In this document: piece by piece, positions 18,102-28,168 of the stretch
How positions within the stretch are numbered: position 1 is the stretch's first letter
How the letters are laid out: the number at the start of each line of letters is the position of its first letter
From: a virus
Taxonomy: Duplodnaviria > Caudoviricetes
DNA length: 58,380 bases
Virus record (IMG/VR): IMGVR_UViG_3300028840_000492
Location: 1-58,380 of that record
Strand: one strand, 5' to 3'
Translations under genes and position numbers: made by a program
The notes under the pieces: model-generated
Told to the model about the DNA's origin: nothing
The model's input: only the letters and a program-made list of their open reading frames with translations
The model's database searches: none

Positions 18102-20894
18102 ATGCCAAGACAAGAAATAGAAAGGCCTAAAATTGAAGGGCAGCAGAAAGCTATGTTAGGTAAGTTAGCTGAAGCCCCAAACAATTCGTATCAGGATCTA
18201 GTGTCTTGGTTTGATGGGGCATGGATTCCTAATGTTGATCCTGCTTATGTTGGATACCAGAACTATGTTATACTTCGTAACTTAAGATACCTAGATAAAG
18301 GCCTAGAAGGTGTGCATGGGTATACGTACTCTAATGCATCTGATCCTTCAGGTAAAACGATTACACACTTAAAGGGAATACAATTACTAAAACCAGCTCA
18401 GACTCAGACATCATATTACCTGACATTCTCCCCATACGATACCAATATTGGAGCTACTGGTTATATTAGGTGCAGCTTGACAAGTATCCCTAGTTCATCT
18501 ATAACCTTTTTGACTAGCACAATAGATGATCGTCCATTTAATGATTATGAGGATACTACCGTAACTGATAAATATGTGTCAGTCACCGCTGGCGTTACTG
18601 GTAGGTTCTCTCATGCCCCACAAGGACAGATATTTTATAATGACACAGAGAAGAATCTGAACTATGGCGGTTATGAGAATAGAGTTGGCGCTGTCTTTTT
18701 GATGGATGTTAAAGAGGATTATCCCAACAAGTCAGCAGATTCTAGCATTAAAATGTTAGATGTTACAGATAGTGCTATCACTAATGATTCTACAGATTCT
18801 TTTAACTGGGATGAAACAGCTCATGGGTACATGTTAATCCTATGCCCAAGGCCTTGTAGTTCTCTTAACTTTTACATGTCGTCGTTTAATGCTGCTGCAG
18901 CAACAATCTCAGCCTATTATTGGGACGGCAGTGCATGGCAAGCATATAGTATAGACGATACTACTGTTTCAGCTGGAAAATCATTAGCTCAAAATGGACA
19001 TATGGAGATGTATCTTACAGCTGGTAATTTTAGGAAACATGCTGGTTATGATAGTGGCATAGTTCCTAGAGTAACAGAAGGTTTATATATGTATCCTGTA
19101 TTGTTAGCAGCTGGTGCTAATTTAGATGCTGACATTTATCAGATAACAGCTAACTACTATTGGTCTGACGCCAAGGATATATGGGATGGAGTTTATCGTC
19201 AGCCTGTTGGGGCTTTCCTAGACAATAATGGTGTGATGGAAGACTACACTCTACATGTAAATGAACCATCTGATGTTAATACTCCGATCGGTATGATTCT
19301 GGATTTATTAGATGCAGATGATGATAACATCTATCTTGGATTTGAGGAGCCTGTAGCTGCTATTAAGTTTACGATGTTAACTGACTTTGTTAATGTTGAT
19401 GACTCACAGATTGATAGTGTTAAATATTGGAACGGGAGTGCTTGGACTAGTGTTGGTAATTTCTTAGATGGAACACTAGATGATGCAGGTGATTCATCTT
19501 TTGGAGCATCTGGTGAACTGTGCTGGAGTCCTCCTTCTGGAGAGAAACCTAGAACATTCAATGATGTTATTGGATACTGGTATCAAATTCAAGTTGATGC
19601 TGATTTTAGTACAGGTGACGCTAGTAAGGCGTCTGGCTCTGAGGACGTTGTAGTAGACGTTATCACTGGTATTCCTGCTATCAAAGATCTAAAGAACTTT
19701 AAGTTTGCAGCACAATATAAAGATAGGTTACTACTCTGTAATGCTGAAGAAGCTAACGAGGGTAATAGGGTTGACTACTGTGCTACTAATGCTCCGTTCG
19801 TTTGGAACGGACTTGATTCATCTGACGATGGTTTGCAGAGTTTGTATTTTGGCACAGAAACCCCACTGACTGCAGCGACTCCTTTGTACAATAGATTTGG
19901 ATCTACGATCTTTACCAGTATGGTTTTGTTTAAATCCAATGAAATCTATCTATTAACTGGAGATGATCCAGAGGATTTCAGAATCTATCCAATTTCTTAT
20001 ACAGTTGGTTGTACAGCTTGGGCTACTGTGGCAAATGCTGAGGTTGGATTTGCCGTGACAGAAGGGGCTGAGAGAAACGTAGTTTTGTTTATGTCCCATG
20101 CTGGCCCCATGATGTTTGATGGTGCAGTACTTATGCCCATCCGAGGTATAGAGAACTACTTTGATCCTAATGAATCAGAGTGCATTAACTTTGATTATAT
20201 GGATACGTCAGTTGGCTGGTATGACTCAACGTATAGAGAATATAATTTACAGTTTCCATCTGGTTCTGCAACTACCCCTGATACTTGGTTGGTGTATGAT
20301 CTAGTGAGGAAACGGTGGTTTGAAAAGAACACAGGTACTGCAACTTTCCCAACTGCAACTACGACATTGACTAGTGACACAGGTAACTTGTACAACTATG
20401 CTTGCTTACCTAATAGATACCAAGTAAGATTAGAATATGGTACGTCTTGGGATGGAACTGGAATCACCTATAAGGTAAAGACAGGTGACTTCTGGCCCAC
20501 TCAGAACTTTTGGGATCAGACTAGAATTAGAAAGTTTAAACTGATCTGTAAACGTATCCAGGAATCACACTCAGTATCTGTTAACTACTATCCTGATACA
20601 GCAGAGTCTTCTGGTATCGGTGTACAATTTGTGGATAGTGCTGACAACGCTACGGCATTTGCTGATAGCTCTGTCCTAGGAACCTCATGGGCTGCAACGG
20701 TAACAACTACCCTGGACTTATCTGCTGCCTCTGGATTGGAGCGATTAGTTACAGTTAACGCAGATTTAAATAGACTAGCATGGGCGCATGCGTTTGATTT
20801 TGAGGTGACGACAGATGACACAACAAAAGGATTTCAACCAATCGGATGGGGAATTCAATACCAAGTCATTCGCAAAGACAATACCGCTACCTAA
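18102..20894 (+). CDS. Tail nozzle/tubular protein B-like (stabilisation protein)
   Basis: 930 aa; beta-propeller-like C-terminal half (YKDRLLL, LFKSNEIYLLTG, FMSHAGPMMFDG, LVYDL..KRW); position. Confidence 0.7.
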   Translation: MPRQEIERPKIEGQQKAMLGKLAEAPNNSYQDLVSWFDGAWIPNVDPAYVGYQNYVILRNLRYLDKGLEGVHGYTYSNASDPSGKTITHLKGIQLLKPAQTQTSYYLTFSPYDTNIGATGYIRCSLTSIPSSSITFLTSTIDDRPFNDYEDTTVTDKYVSVTAGVTGRFSHAPQGQIFYNDTEKNLNYGGYENRVGAVFLMDVKEDYPNKSADSSIKMLDVTDSAITNDSTDSFNWDETAHGYMLILCPRPCSSLNFYMSSFNAAAATISAYYWDGSAWQAYSIDDTTVSAGKSLAQNGHMEMYLTAGNFRKHAGYDSGIVPRVTEGLYMYPVLLAAGANLDADIYQITANYYWSDAKDIWDGVYRQPVGAFLDNNGVMEDYTLHVNEPSDVNTPIGMILDLLDADDDNIYLGFEEPVAAIKFTMLTDFVNVDDSQIDSVKYWNGSAWTSVGNFLDGTLDDAGDSSFGASGELCWSPPSGEKPRTFNDVIGYWYQIQVDADFSTGDASKASGSEDVVVDVITGIPAIKDLKNFKFAAQYKDRLLLCNAEEANEGNRVDYCATNAPFVWNGLDSSDDGLQSLYFGTETPLTAATPLYNRFGSTIFTSMVLFKSNEIYLLTGDDPEDFRIYPISYTVGCTAWATVANAEVGFAVTEGAERNVVLFMSHAGPMMFDGAVLMPIRGIENYFDPNESECINFDYMDTSVGWYDSTYREYNLQFPSGSATTPDTWLVYDLVRKRWFEKNTGTATFPTATTTLTSDTGNLYNYACLPNRYQVRLEYGTSWDGTGITYKVKTGDFWPTQNFWDQTRIRKFKLICKRIQESHSVSVNYYPDTAESSGIGVQFVDSADNATAFADSSVLGTSWAATVTTTLDLSAASGLERLVTVNADLNRLAWAHAFDFEVTTDDTTKGFQPIGWGIQYQVIRKDNTAT

Positions 20895-21005
20895 AGAGTG
20901 GCTTGAGTTTCTAAAGACAGGGGTACATCAAGTCAAGCCATATCTAAAGTCTAGAAAGCGGAGCAATCTACAGATGAATGAAAAACAACGAAAGGCAATT
21001 ATGTA

Positions 21006-22160
21006 ATGGCACAGAATTTATATTGGGCAACAGGTTTAGAGGGAGGTGCTGCAGGGGATTTAGACACATTTCCATATGCGTCTATTCAAGATGAAGATGC
21101 AGCTGTAGTCGCAGACTTAACCAACCAACGTATTTACTTTTATACCTGGGATGCTGGTGTACTTAATGGATCTCAGTCCTTACCAGATTATATCGAACCT
21201 GATGATAATGGTGCAAACAATGGAGCCTGGACGCTCTGCGATATTATGGTAGACGATGCAGACCTAAAGGTAACAAAGAGTTTGCAGATTATAGATGCTG
21301 GTGGTACAGATATTACTGATGTTTTGAATAGCGGTTCAAGTGAAGTCGTTGACGATGCTGGAGATGATGACACTTTGATGAGTGAAAGCTGCGTTGTATA
21401 TTATGCAACTAACACTAAAGGATTAGATCGTGTCCTAAGTCTAGCTCATATGTCTGGTGTTTATGAAAGACCTAAGTTTGCTTGGAAGGATGCAGATGAG
21501 ATATATATCACTGGCGGATGGTGGCATCACGATGGCGCAGCCTCTGGTGAGCAGATCTTATATAATAATTCAACGATCACATTTCAATTCACAAATGGAA
21601 CTGGAGCAGGTATGATCTACTTGTACTTAGACGACAGTGATGTGATCTCAAGTCCTCTAGCTGCTGGAGATTTGATAGATAGTGAAACAGCTCCAACTTA
21701 TAGTCACTCGCTAGGAGGTTGGTACAATGGTGAAGATAGGTGCATAGGAGCCTTTTACCAAAGTGCAGCTAATACTTTAGTTGAGTTTTATCATAATGGT
21801 GGAGAATGGATTCTATTTCATGACTATTTAAGTATACAATCAGCTTATGATTTAGATGGTACATTTGAAGACACATCAACTTTATATGCTCCAGCTTGTC
21901 AATCAGACATGACAGGAGGTTGGGTAGATTTACAGTTCCTGGCAGTATATGTTAACGCTATTAAATATATTCAATTTAGAACCAATACCTTACCAAGTTC
22001 TCTGTTTCATGGATTCACAGCAGCTACTCAACTAAGAAATATATTTTATCATGTATTACCGCTAGACGATAATAATGTAGTTGAATGGCGATACAATGCT
22101 GATTGTGATGAAACTGCAAGTTTATTTCAACACGGGTATAGTTTACCAGGAGGTATGTAA
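21006..22160 (+). CDS. Tail fibre/spike-like protein, paralog 1
   Basis: Shares RP.F, YLYLD, GWY..DRC and PGGM motifs with the next two ORFs. Confidence 0.6.
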   Translation: MAQNLYWATGLEGGAAGDLDTFPYASIQDEDAAVVADLTNQRIYFYTWDAGVLNGSQSLPDYIEPDDNGANNGAWTLCDIMVDDADLKVTKSLQIIDAGGTDITDVLNSGSSEVVDDAGDDDTLMSESCVVYYATNTKGLDRVLSLAHMSGVYERPKFAWKDADEIYITGGWWHHDGAASGEQILYNNSTITFQFTNGTGAGMIYLYLDDSDVISSPLAAGDLIDSETAPTYSHSLGGWYNGEDRCIGAFYQSAANTLVEFYHNGGEWILFHDYLSIQSAYDLDGTFEDTSTLYAPACQSDMTGGWVDLQFLAVYVNAIKYIQFRTNTLPSSLFHGFTAATQLRNIFYHVLPLDDNNVVEWRYNADCDETASLFQHGYSLPGGM

Positions 22161-23299
22161 TGGCAAATTGTTTTTGGGCAGACGCCCTGGACGGAAGCAC
22201 TAATGGGATTAAAACGATCTCAGCAGCCAATATCTCTGATGGTGATATGTGTATTGTAATCTTACACGCTACAGCTAAGACATACATATATAGATATGAT
22301 TCTTCTTCTACTGCTGCTGATAGTGCTCCGCAGAGTATAAGACCGACTGATTATGGATCTGCCGGTGTATGGTTATGGACTAAACCTGTTATGGATTCAT
22401 TACGATTACGAGATGCAATTATAGATAATGCTAATACATCTGTTAATGAGTTTTCAACAGATGGTACGTTAGCTGGAAACTCAGACAGTGCTGTACCAAC
22501 AGAGAAGGCTATCAAAACGTATACGACAACTACACTAGGACAAGGGTTAACACAACCGTTTGCACAAGGATACTTTAAACGCCCTATGTTTTCTTATAAA
22601 GATGGGGATGAAATCTATATTAGTGGTGGTGGGTTCTGGACTGCAGATGATTTAGATCAAGCTGTATATACTAGTAGCAAATTAACCTTTCAGTTTGGAT
22701 CTGGTGGCAGTAACGCTGGTAGTGATGATCTCGACAATGGAGCTATTGAAATACAGTATCTTTATTTAGACTCTAGCGCTATAGGATCAGCTGGTGGGAC
22801 AGCTCTGGTGGCTAGTGATTTCTATAATGCTCCTACTACACCTACATTCTCTAGAGGTGGATGGTATCTTGCAACTACCGGAGAGGGTGATGGTCTGGAT
22901 AGATGTGTTGGAGCGTTCTTAATAACAGCTGCCAATGCTTTATATCCGTTTGCACATAATGGAAATGAACAATATATTTTATGCTCAGATATATCTTTAT
23001 ACGCAGCTGCAGATAGTGATACCACTCAAGACATAGACGTATATTCTCCATGCAATATTTATGGTAAAGTTTATTTACAATGGGATGCAGTTACTGGTAA
23101 TGCTGATACGTATTATGTAACTAACGGGGATGGAGGATCTAGAATACCAATCTATCAATATAGCGAAACACAATATCCAGGCAATACAGCATGGATGGCT
23201 CCTGATAGTTCAAATCAAATACATGGAAACTGGGCTGCTGCAACAACAGGAACTATGCGAATAAGACAACGTGGATATAAAGTTCCAGGAGGAATGTAA
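22160..23299 (+). CDS. Tail fibre/spike-like protein, paralog 2
   Basis: FSTDGTLAGNSDSAVPTEKAIKTY virion-protein motif; shared paralog motifs. Confidence 0.6.
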   Translation: MANCFWADALDGSTNGIKTISAANISDGDMCIVILHATAKTYIYRYDSSSTAADSAPQSIRPTDYGSAGVWLWTKPVMDSLRLRDAIIDNANTSVNEFSTDGTLAGNSDSAVPTEKAIKTYTTTTLGQGLTQPFAQGYFKRPMFSYKDGDEIYISGGGFWTADDLDQAVYTSSKLTFQFGSGGSNAGSDDLDNGAIEIQYLYLDSSAIGSAGGTALVASDFYNAPTTPTFSRGGWYLATTGEGDGLDRCVGAFLITAANALYPFAHNGNEQYILCSDISLYAAADSDTTQDIDVYSPCNIYGKVYLQWDAVTGNADTYYVTNGDGGSRIPIYQYSETQYPGNTAWMAPDSSNQIHGNWAAATTGTMRIRQRGYKVPGGM

Positions 23300-24483
23300 T
23301 GGCTAATCAAGCATATGCGTGTAACATATTAACTGGTGGATCATCTGGCGCTCTAGATAATCTGAACGGGTCTCAGCTCGAAGACGGCGATATGGCAATC
23401 GTTGTTACTAGAGAGTTAGGAGTTGATGTAGCCTACCTATATGTATTAGATGCTACTAGCGGAGCTGCTGCCTCAAGTCCTGGGGTTATCCTGCCACTAA
23501 GAAACGCAGGATCAAAGCGCTGGCTTTTATGTGGCGTTGAGGCCCTTGAGTTAGATGTAGATACAGGAGATATATCATTCATAACTGGTGTTTCTGATAA
23601 GATTATAGATCAATGGTCAACTGATGGCACAATGGCTGGAGCTGCTCAGTATGATTTTCCGACTGAAAAGGCAGTTAAGACATATCTAGATTCCTTTGCT
23701 ATAACAACTCCACTAGAGTATGATGAGGCTATTGGTTTTTTTGTTAGACCACGATGGTTATATGGCAGTGCTAGCACCTTAACTTTCACAGCTAGAACTG
23801 GTTTCTGGCATATAGATGGCGCTGAAGAAAAGGTTGTATATAATCCAAGTAATATAACATTTACAACTGGGTCAGCAGGGAGCAATTCTAGTAGTAGTGA
23901 TTTAGTTGCTGATACTTGGTCATACTTGTATATTGATGATAGTTCACTAGCTACTGGGCAAGTGTTACTGACTGCTTCTAATCTGATCAATACAAATACG
24001 GCCCCCAGCTGGTCAGTTACAAAGAATGGATGGTATAGTGGAAACGATAGATGCATCTTTGTGATACCAGTGCAATCAGGTGCTGCTAGTATAGAAAGAT
24101 GGATAGGTGGTCCTTCTCCGTCTGGTGAAATCGAACTATACTCCCCAAAGACTATACAGAACTGGATTAATGTACAGATCGCTGGAGTCACAATTGACGT
24201 ATGTCCTGCTGAGATTATTACTAGGCACACTGCTAACTTTAGGTGGGATAATAATAATGCAAATGCCAATGACTATATCAAAATAACGGATAAAGATGGT
24301 TCTGGCAATCAGGGGATCGTGACTTGGGTTTATTCCCTTGATAGTATTGATGCTACATTTGTAGAATTTCAATCAGAATGGAATGGGGTTGACACCCAAG
24401 AGATTATAATAGCAAGTAATAGAAATGAAGTTGACTTAGCTAAAGTCGTATATAATAGTTTTTTTCTACCGGAGGGAATGTAA
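23299..24483 (+). CDS. Tail fibre/spike-like protein, paralog 3
   Basis: WSTDGTMAG...PTEKAVKTY; shared paralog motifs. Confidence 0.6.
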   Translation: MANQAYACNILTGGSSGALDNLNGSQLEDGDMAIVVTRELGVDVAYLYVLDATSGAAASSPGVILPLRNAGSKRWLLCGVEALELDVDTGDISFITGVSDKIIDQWSTDGTMAGAAQYDFPTEKAVKTYLDSFAITTPLEYDEAIGFFVRPRWLYGSASTLTFTARTGFWHIDGAEEKVVYNPSNITFTTGSAGSNSSSSDLVADTWSYLYIDDSSLATGQVLLTASNLINTNTAPSWSVTKNGWYSGNDRCIFVIPVQSGAASIERWIGGPSPSGEIELYSPKTIQNWINVQIAGVTIDVCPAEIITRHTANFRWDNNNANANDYIKITDKDGSGNQGIVTWVYSLDSIDATFVEFQSEWNGVDTQEIIIASNRNEVDLAKVVYNSFFLPEGM

Positions 24484-24893
24484 TGGCAACAAAAGCAAGA
24501 GTATTGTATGATTCATCGACAGGAGAGATTCTTGGTTCAGCATTGTTTAAGGATGACTCACCGAGGATAGAGGCGATTAACGCCCATTGGGAAGCTACTG
24601 TAGCTAAGTATCCCCCGGGTAGTGTGGCATATACAGACATCACGCCGACAGCTAATGGATGTCCTAATGAATTAGAATATAGAATTAATCCTGGAAATCA
24701 ACAACTGCAGGAAGTGACTCCTGCTATTGAGCAGCGTAGAAATCTGTACGCAGAACGAGAAGCTGCGATTAGAGACTACACACGGAATAAGATGATTGAA
24801 ATGATGAAAGCAGATGGGTCGTGGAATCCTAGTTGGGATACCGCAGATCCGCCACTAATAGGACGGCAAGATAGAGCCGTCAGGGAGGTCTAA
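24483..24893 (+). CDS. Hypothetical, possible fibre chaperone
   Basis: Coupled by TAATG to the last fibre gene; VLYDSSTGEIL N-terminus. Confidence 0.5.
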   Translation: MATKARVLYDSSTGEILGSALFKDDSPRIEAINAHWEATVAKYPPGSVAYTDITPTANGCPNELEYRINPGNQQLQEVTPAIEQRRNLYAEREAAIRDYTRNKMIEMMKADGSWNPSWDTADPPLIGRQDRAVREV

Positions 24894-24895
24894 TT

Positions 24896-25345
24896 ATGCC
24901 TTCGTACTTGAATATATTAAATGATCCTAGATACCAGAGAGCCAATCAACAGGCTGTGGCAAAGAGTCAAGGCATGGGCTTAGCGTTACCTCAAATGGCA
25001 ACACAAGGAATCATGGGTCAATTTGCTGAGAGAGACATGCAGAAGCGCATTGCCTCACAGAACTTTGCAACACAAAGGTTTAGACAAACTGAAGCTTTGG
25101 GAATAGCACAGCAGAGGTTGGGCTTAGCTAATCAGCAATTAAAGTTTCAAAACAATATGGCTAAGAAAAATTATAGAGACGCCAAGAGTAACTTGTTCTG
25201 GAGTATACCGCTAGGACTAGGAACATTAGGAGCACAATGGTATACAAATAAGAAACAGGATGCACGAAAGGCGATAGAAGATAAAAGAGCAGCTGAGGCA
25301 CACGACATTCTCGTAAAATCAGCTAAGAAGAGAGGTATTATATAA
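24896..25345 (+). CDS. Putative ejection/internal virion protein
   Basis: Q/A/M-rich helical protein with one hydrophobic segment. Confidence 0.55.
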   Translation: MPSYLNILNDPRYQRANQQAVAKSQGMGLALPQMATQGIMGQFAERDMQKRIASQNFATQRFRQTEALGIAQQRLGLANQQLKFQNNMAKKNYRDAKSNLFWSIPLGLGTLGAQWYTNKKQDARKAIEDKRAAEAHDILVKSAKKRGII

Positions 25346-26049
25346 TGCCAACACAACAGTATGCTACTAGCCAGAATCCTGCATATAAGAGGCGCAAATA
25401 CCTTGAGGCTATTAATGCGCAGGCTCCACTATTGTTTGGACAAAAGCAGGCAGAGTGGGACCGAGGCATGGCTGAGAAAGAAGCGCAATTAGAAAAGGAT
25501 CGTTTTGCTCTTGAGCAACGACAGGCTAAAGTAGAGAACAGATGGGCAACTAAAAACTATGAACTTGCCAAAACAGGAGCACAGGCTGACATGGGCATGC
25601 AGGCTTTGGGAATGGTAACTCCCATGTTGGGTTCTGATGCTGCTAAGATGACATATGGCGATGCATGGGACAAAGGTAAGAAGAAAGTAAAAGGGGCATT
25701 AGGAATAGGTACTCCATCTACTTATGGACCAGGGGCTGTTAATCCTAGGTCATCTTATAGTATGGGTGGGCCTAACACTCCCGCTGCTAGAACCCCAACG
25801 GCTACGGCTGCTAAACCTGGATTCTTTAGTAATATGTCCAGCAACCTAACCCTAGGTAATACGTTAGGCGCAGCAGGCATGGGATTTGGAGTTGGTAATT
25901 TGGCTCCAGCAATGGGAATAAAAAATAAATATCTATCAGGCGGACTTGGTGCATTAGCAGGCGGATTGACAGGTCTATTTAGCGGTAGTGGCGGTCCTTG
26001 GGGAGCTGGCGTTGGCGCATTGTTTGGTGGATTAGGAGGATTGTTCTAA
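25345..26049 (+). CDS. Putative ejection protein with glycine zipper
   Basis: Coiled-coil N-terminus; C-terminal GLGALAGGLTG...GAGVGALFGGLGGLF. Confidence 0.6.
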   Translation: MPTQQYATSQNPAYKRRKYLEAINAQAPLLFGQKQAEWDRGMAEKEAQLEKDRFALEQRQAKVENRWATKNYELAKTGAQADMGMQALGMVTPMLGSDAAKMTYGDAWDKGKKKVKGALGIGTPSTYGPGAVNPRSSYSMGGPNTPAARTPTATAAKPGFFSNMSSNLTLGNTLGAAGMGFGVGNLAPAMGIKNKYLSGGLGALAGGLTGLFSGSGGPWGAGVGALFGGLGGLF

Positions 26050-26522
26050 TGGAAAGATCGTTTAATTTAAACCTAGAGCGCATAATGAAAAATATGGATC
26101 CTAAGAAGAAAGCTGAACTGATGGCCCTCATGGGCATGGGTGGTAAGGCTTTAGGTATGGGACCTGGAGCACAAGCTGCCCCTATTAGACAGGGCGGTTT
26201 ATTGCCAGAAGACCCTAGGCGTAGATTCCTTGGAATGGATCCTGTCCCAACTACACAGCCGTATGGCAATAAGATTATAGGCGGAGGATTAACTCCTGTG
26301 CCTACTACTGTACCATATGGGGTTAAAGGAGATGGTTATTACTTAGGACAACCTGATCCAGCAATGCCTCCGTCAGCTGTTGCTGCTCCGATGGCGGTAG
26401 GCGGTATGCCTAATATGCCATCAGCAAAAGCAGCTGCTAGTGGAGTTATGACAGATCCAAACAATAAAAAGAAGGCCAAAGGTATTGGCGAACCATCGAT
26501 GTATGATGATCTAGAGGTATAA
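26049..26522 (+). CDS. Low-complexity P/G/M-rich putative internal protein
   Basis: ATG 26049 overlaps upstream TAA; short internal repeat PVPTTQPYG/PVPTTVPYG. Confidence 0.55.
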   Translation: MERSFNLNLERIMKNMDPKKKAELMALMGMGGKALGMGPGAQAAPIRQGGLLPEDPRRRFLGMDPVPTTQPYGNKIIGGGLTPVPTTVPYGVKGDGYYLGQPDPAMPPSAVAAPMAVGGMPNMPSAKAAASGVMTDPNNKKKAKGIGEPSMYDDLEV

Positions 26523-26524
26523 TA

Positions 26525-28168
26525 ATGGCAGAGAGTGCATATGACTATTCAGGATTAGATCCTGAGATGGTAAAACGACTGCAAGAAATGGAAGCTGCTG
26601 GTCAACTTCCCTCTGATTTTAATCCTCAGATGTTCTTGGGTCTGACAGAGGACGCTTGGGCTGGCAGTGATCCTGGAGAAACAGCTGCTACTGGTCAGTG
26701 GGACGTCAAAGCTAGTCCTTATGAGTTTAATAGATTAGGACTATCTAGGCAAGCTACTACAGGCGCTGGAGGTCGTGCTCGACGTACAGCTCAGGGTATA
26801 GCACCCTGGAGAGAACGAGCTAAGCCTGGGGGTATAGACTACACTCCTTTTGGTAAATGGGGCCTGCCTGTTAATAGCTTAGGAGAGGTTCCAGAATACC
26901 TTGTTAACATGAGTGGCGGAACACCAGAGGAAACTATAGAATACTGGAATTCAATCAAGGGCCAGTTGTCAGAAGATCAAATAGCTAAGCTAGGAGACAT
27001 GGTTAATGTCCAGAAATTCGATCGAGATCTAATAGGCAATGCATTAGGACTAACACCAGAGCAGATAGAGCAGACACAGAGTCGTGGTATTGAGGATAGA
27101 CTTATAGCTCAGAATAATACACTGGCAAGAGCACAGGGCAATGCCCCTGGCTGGTCTGATGCTTTGGGCATGGCACAAGATACTGTCATAGGTATGGATC
27201 AAGGCGCAGCTAAAGATCAAATGTATAATGAATATATTAATCAGGACTTCCAAGGCGTAGGCGCTGGCGGTTCTGGTGGGTTAGGTATTGAAAGTGCTAG
27301 ACTTGCTGGACAGGGCAGTAGCATCGAGGATATAGAAACACAAGATCAATTCTATGGTATGGGAGGCCTAGGTAGAGGTGTTATAGGTGATGACGTCAGA
27401 CGAACTATGTATGACGCCGACACTACTAAATTTACACCTGAGCAAATGATGCTGGCTAACTTAACTAATCCATATGCTAATAAAGGATTTGACCCTAATC
27501 CTACAGGCAATTGGGATTTGTATAATTTAACAAACCAAAGAGACTTAATGCATATGGCTCCTGAAGCTAATATGGAAAGGTTTATGGGAGGAATTGATCC
27601 TAATAAAGATTTAGAATTCTTTGAACTAGAAGACGGGTCTAAGGTTTATTATGATCCTGATCCTAACAACCAGAGACATGTAACCTTTGGAGATCAGTAT
27701 CAACAAATGGATAGACAAGCTAAGAGAATGTTAAAAGAAGACCACTCTCCATCATGGGGTGAGAAATATGCAGGACCTGCACTGAAGGCAGCAGTTGGCG
27801 CAATGATGAGCTATGCTGGTGGACCCCTTGGGGCCTTGGCTTATAACGCAATGCAGACAGCAACTACAGGACAGTTTGATCCTATGACCATGGCGATCAG
27901 TCTTGGTACTAGTCTGATTCCAGGCATGATGGGTGACATGGGATTTGGTGATCTGCTGGCTGGAAATTTCAGTAAGTTTGCTGGATTAAGTGGAGCTTTA
28001 GGCTCACCTGCAGCTGCTGGAGCAAGTATGGGCAAAGAGCTATTAGCCCCTGCAGCACTGGGTATGGCTGGTGCAGTAGCACCTGGATTAACAGCAGGGA
28101 CGATGAGGAGAAGGTTAGGTCAGTATGGTAATACTGCAGACGAGTTAGGGCAAGAGGAGGAACTATAA
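26525..28168 (+). CDS. Putative ejection protein
   Basis: G/Q/M-rich with hydrophobic Gly/Ala-rich C-terminus. Confidence 0.6.
   Translation: MAESAYDYSGLDPEMVKRLQEMEAAGQLPSDFNPQMFLGLTEDAWAGSDPGETAATGQWDVKASPYEFNRLGLSRQATTGAGGRARRTAQGIAPWRERAKPGGIDYTPFGKWGLPVNSLGEVPEYLVNMSGGTPEETIEYWNSIKGQLSEDQIAKLGDMVNVQKFDRDLIGNALGLTPEQIEQTQSRGIEDRLIAQNNTLARAQGNAPGWSDALGMAQDTVIGMDQGAAKDQMYNEYINQDFQGVGAGGSGGLGIESARLAGQGSSIEDIETQDQFYGMGGLGRGVIGDDVRRTMYDADTTKFTPEQMMLANLTNPYANKGFDPNPTGNWDLYNLTNQRDLMHMAPEANMERFMGGIDPNKDLEFFELEDGSKVYYDPDPNNQRHVTFGDQYQQMDRQAKRMLKEDHSPSWGEKYAGPALKAAVGAMMSYAGGPLGALAYNAMQTATTGQFDPMTMAISLGTSLIPGMMGDMGFGDLLAGNFSKFAGLSGALGSPAAAGASMGKELLAPAALGMAGAVAPGLTAGTMRRRLGQYGNTADELGQEEEL

Noticed and set aside
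21006-24483. Diversity-generating retroelement acting on the fibre genes
   Set aside because: No reverse transcriptase ORF, and no near-identical template/variable repeat pair differing at adenines was seen
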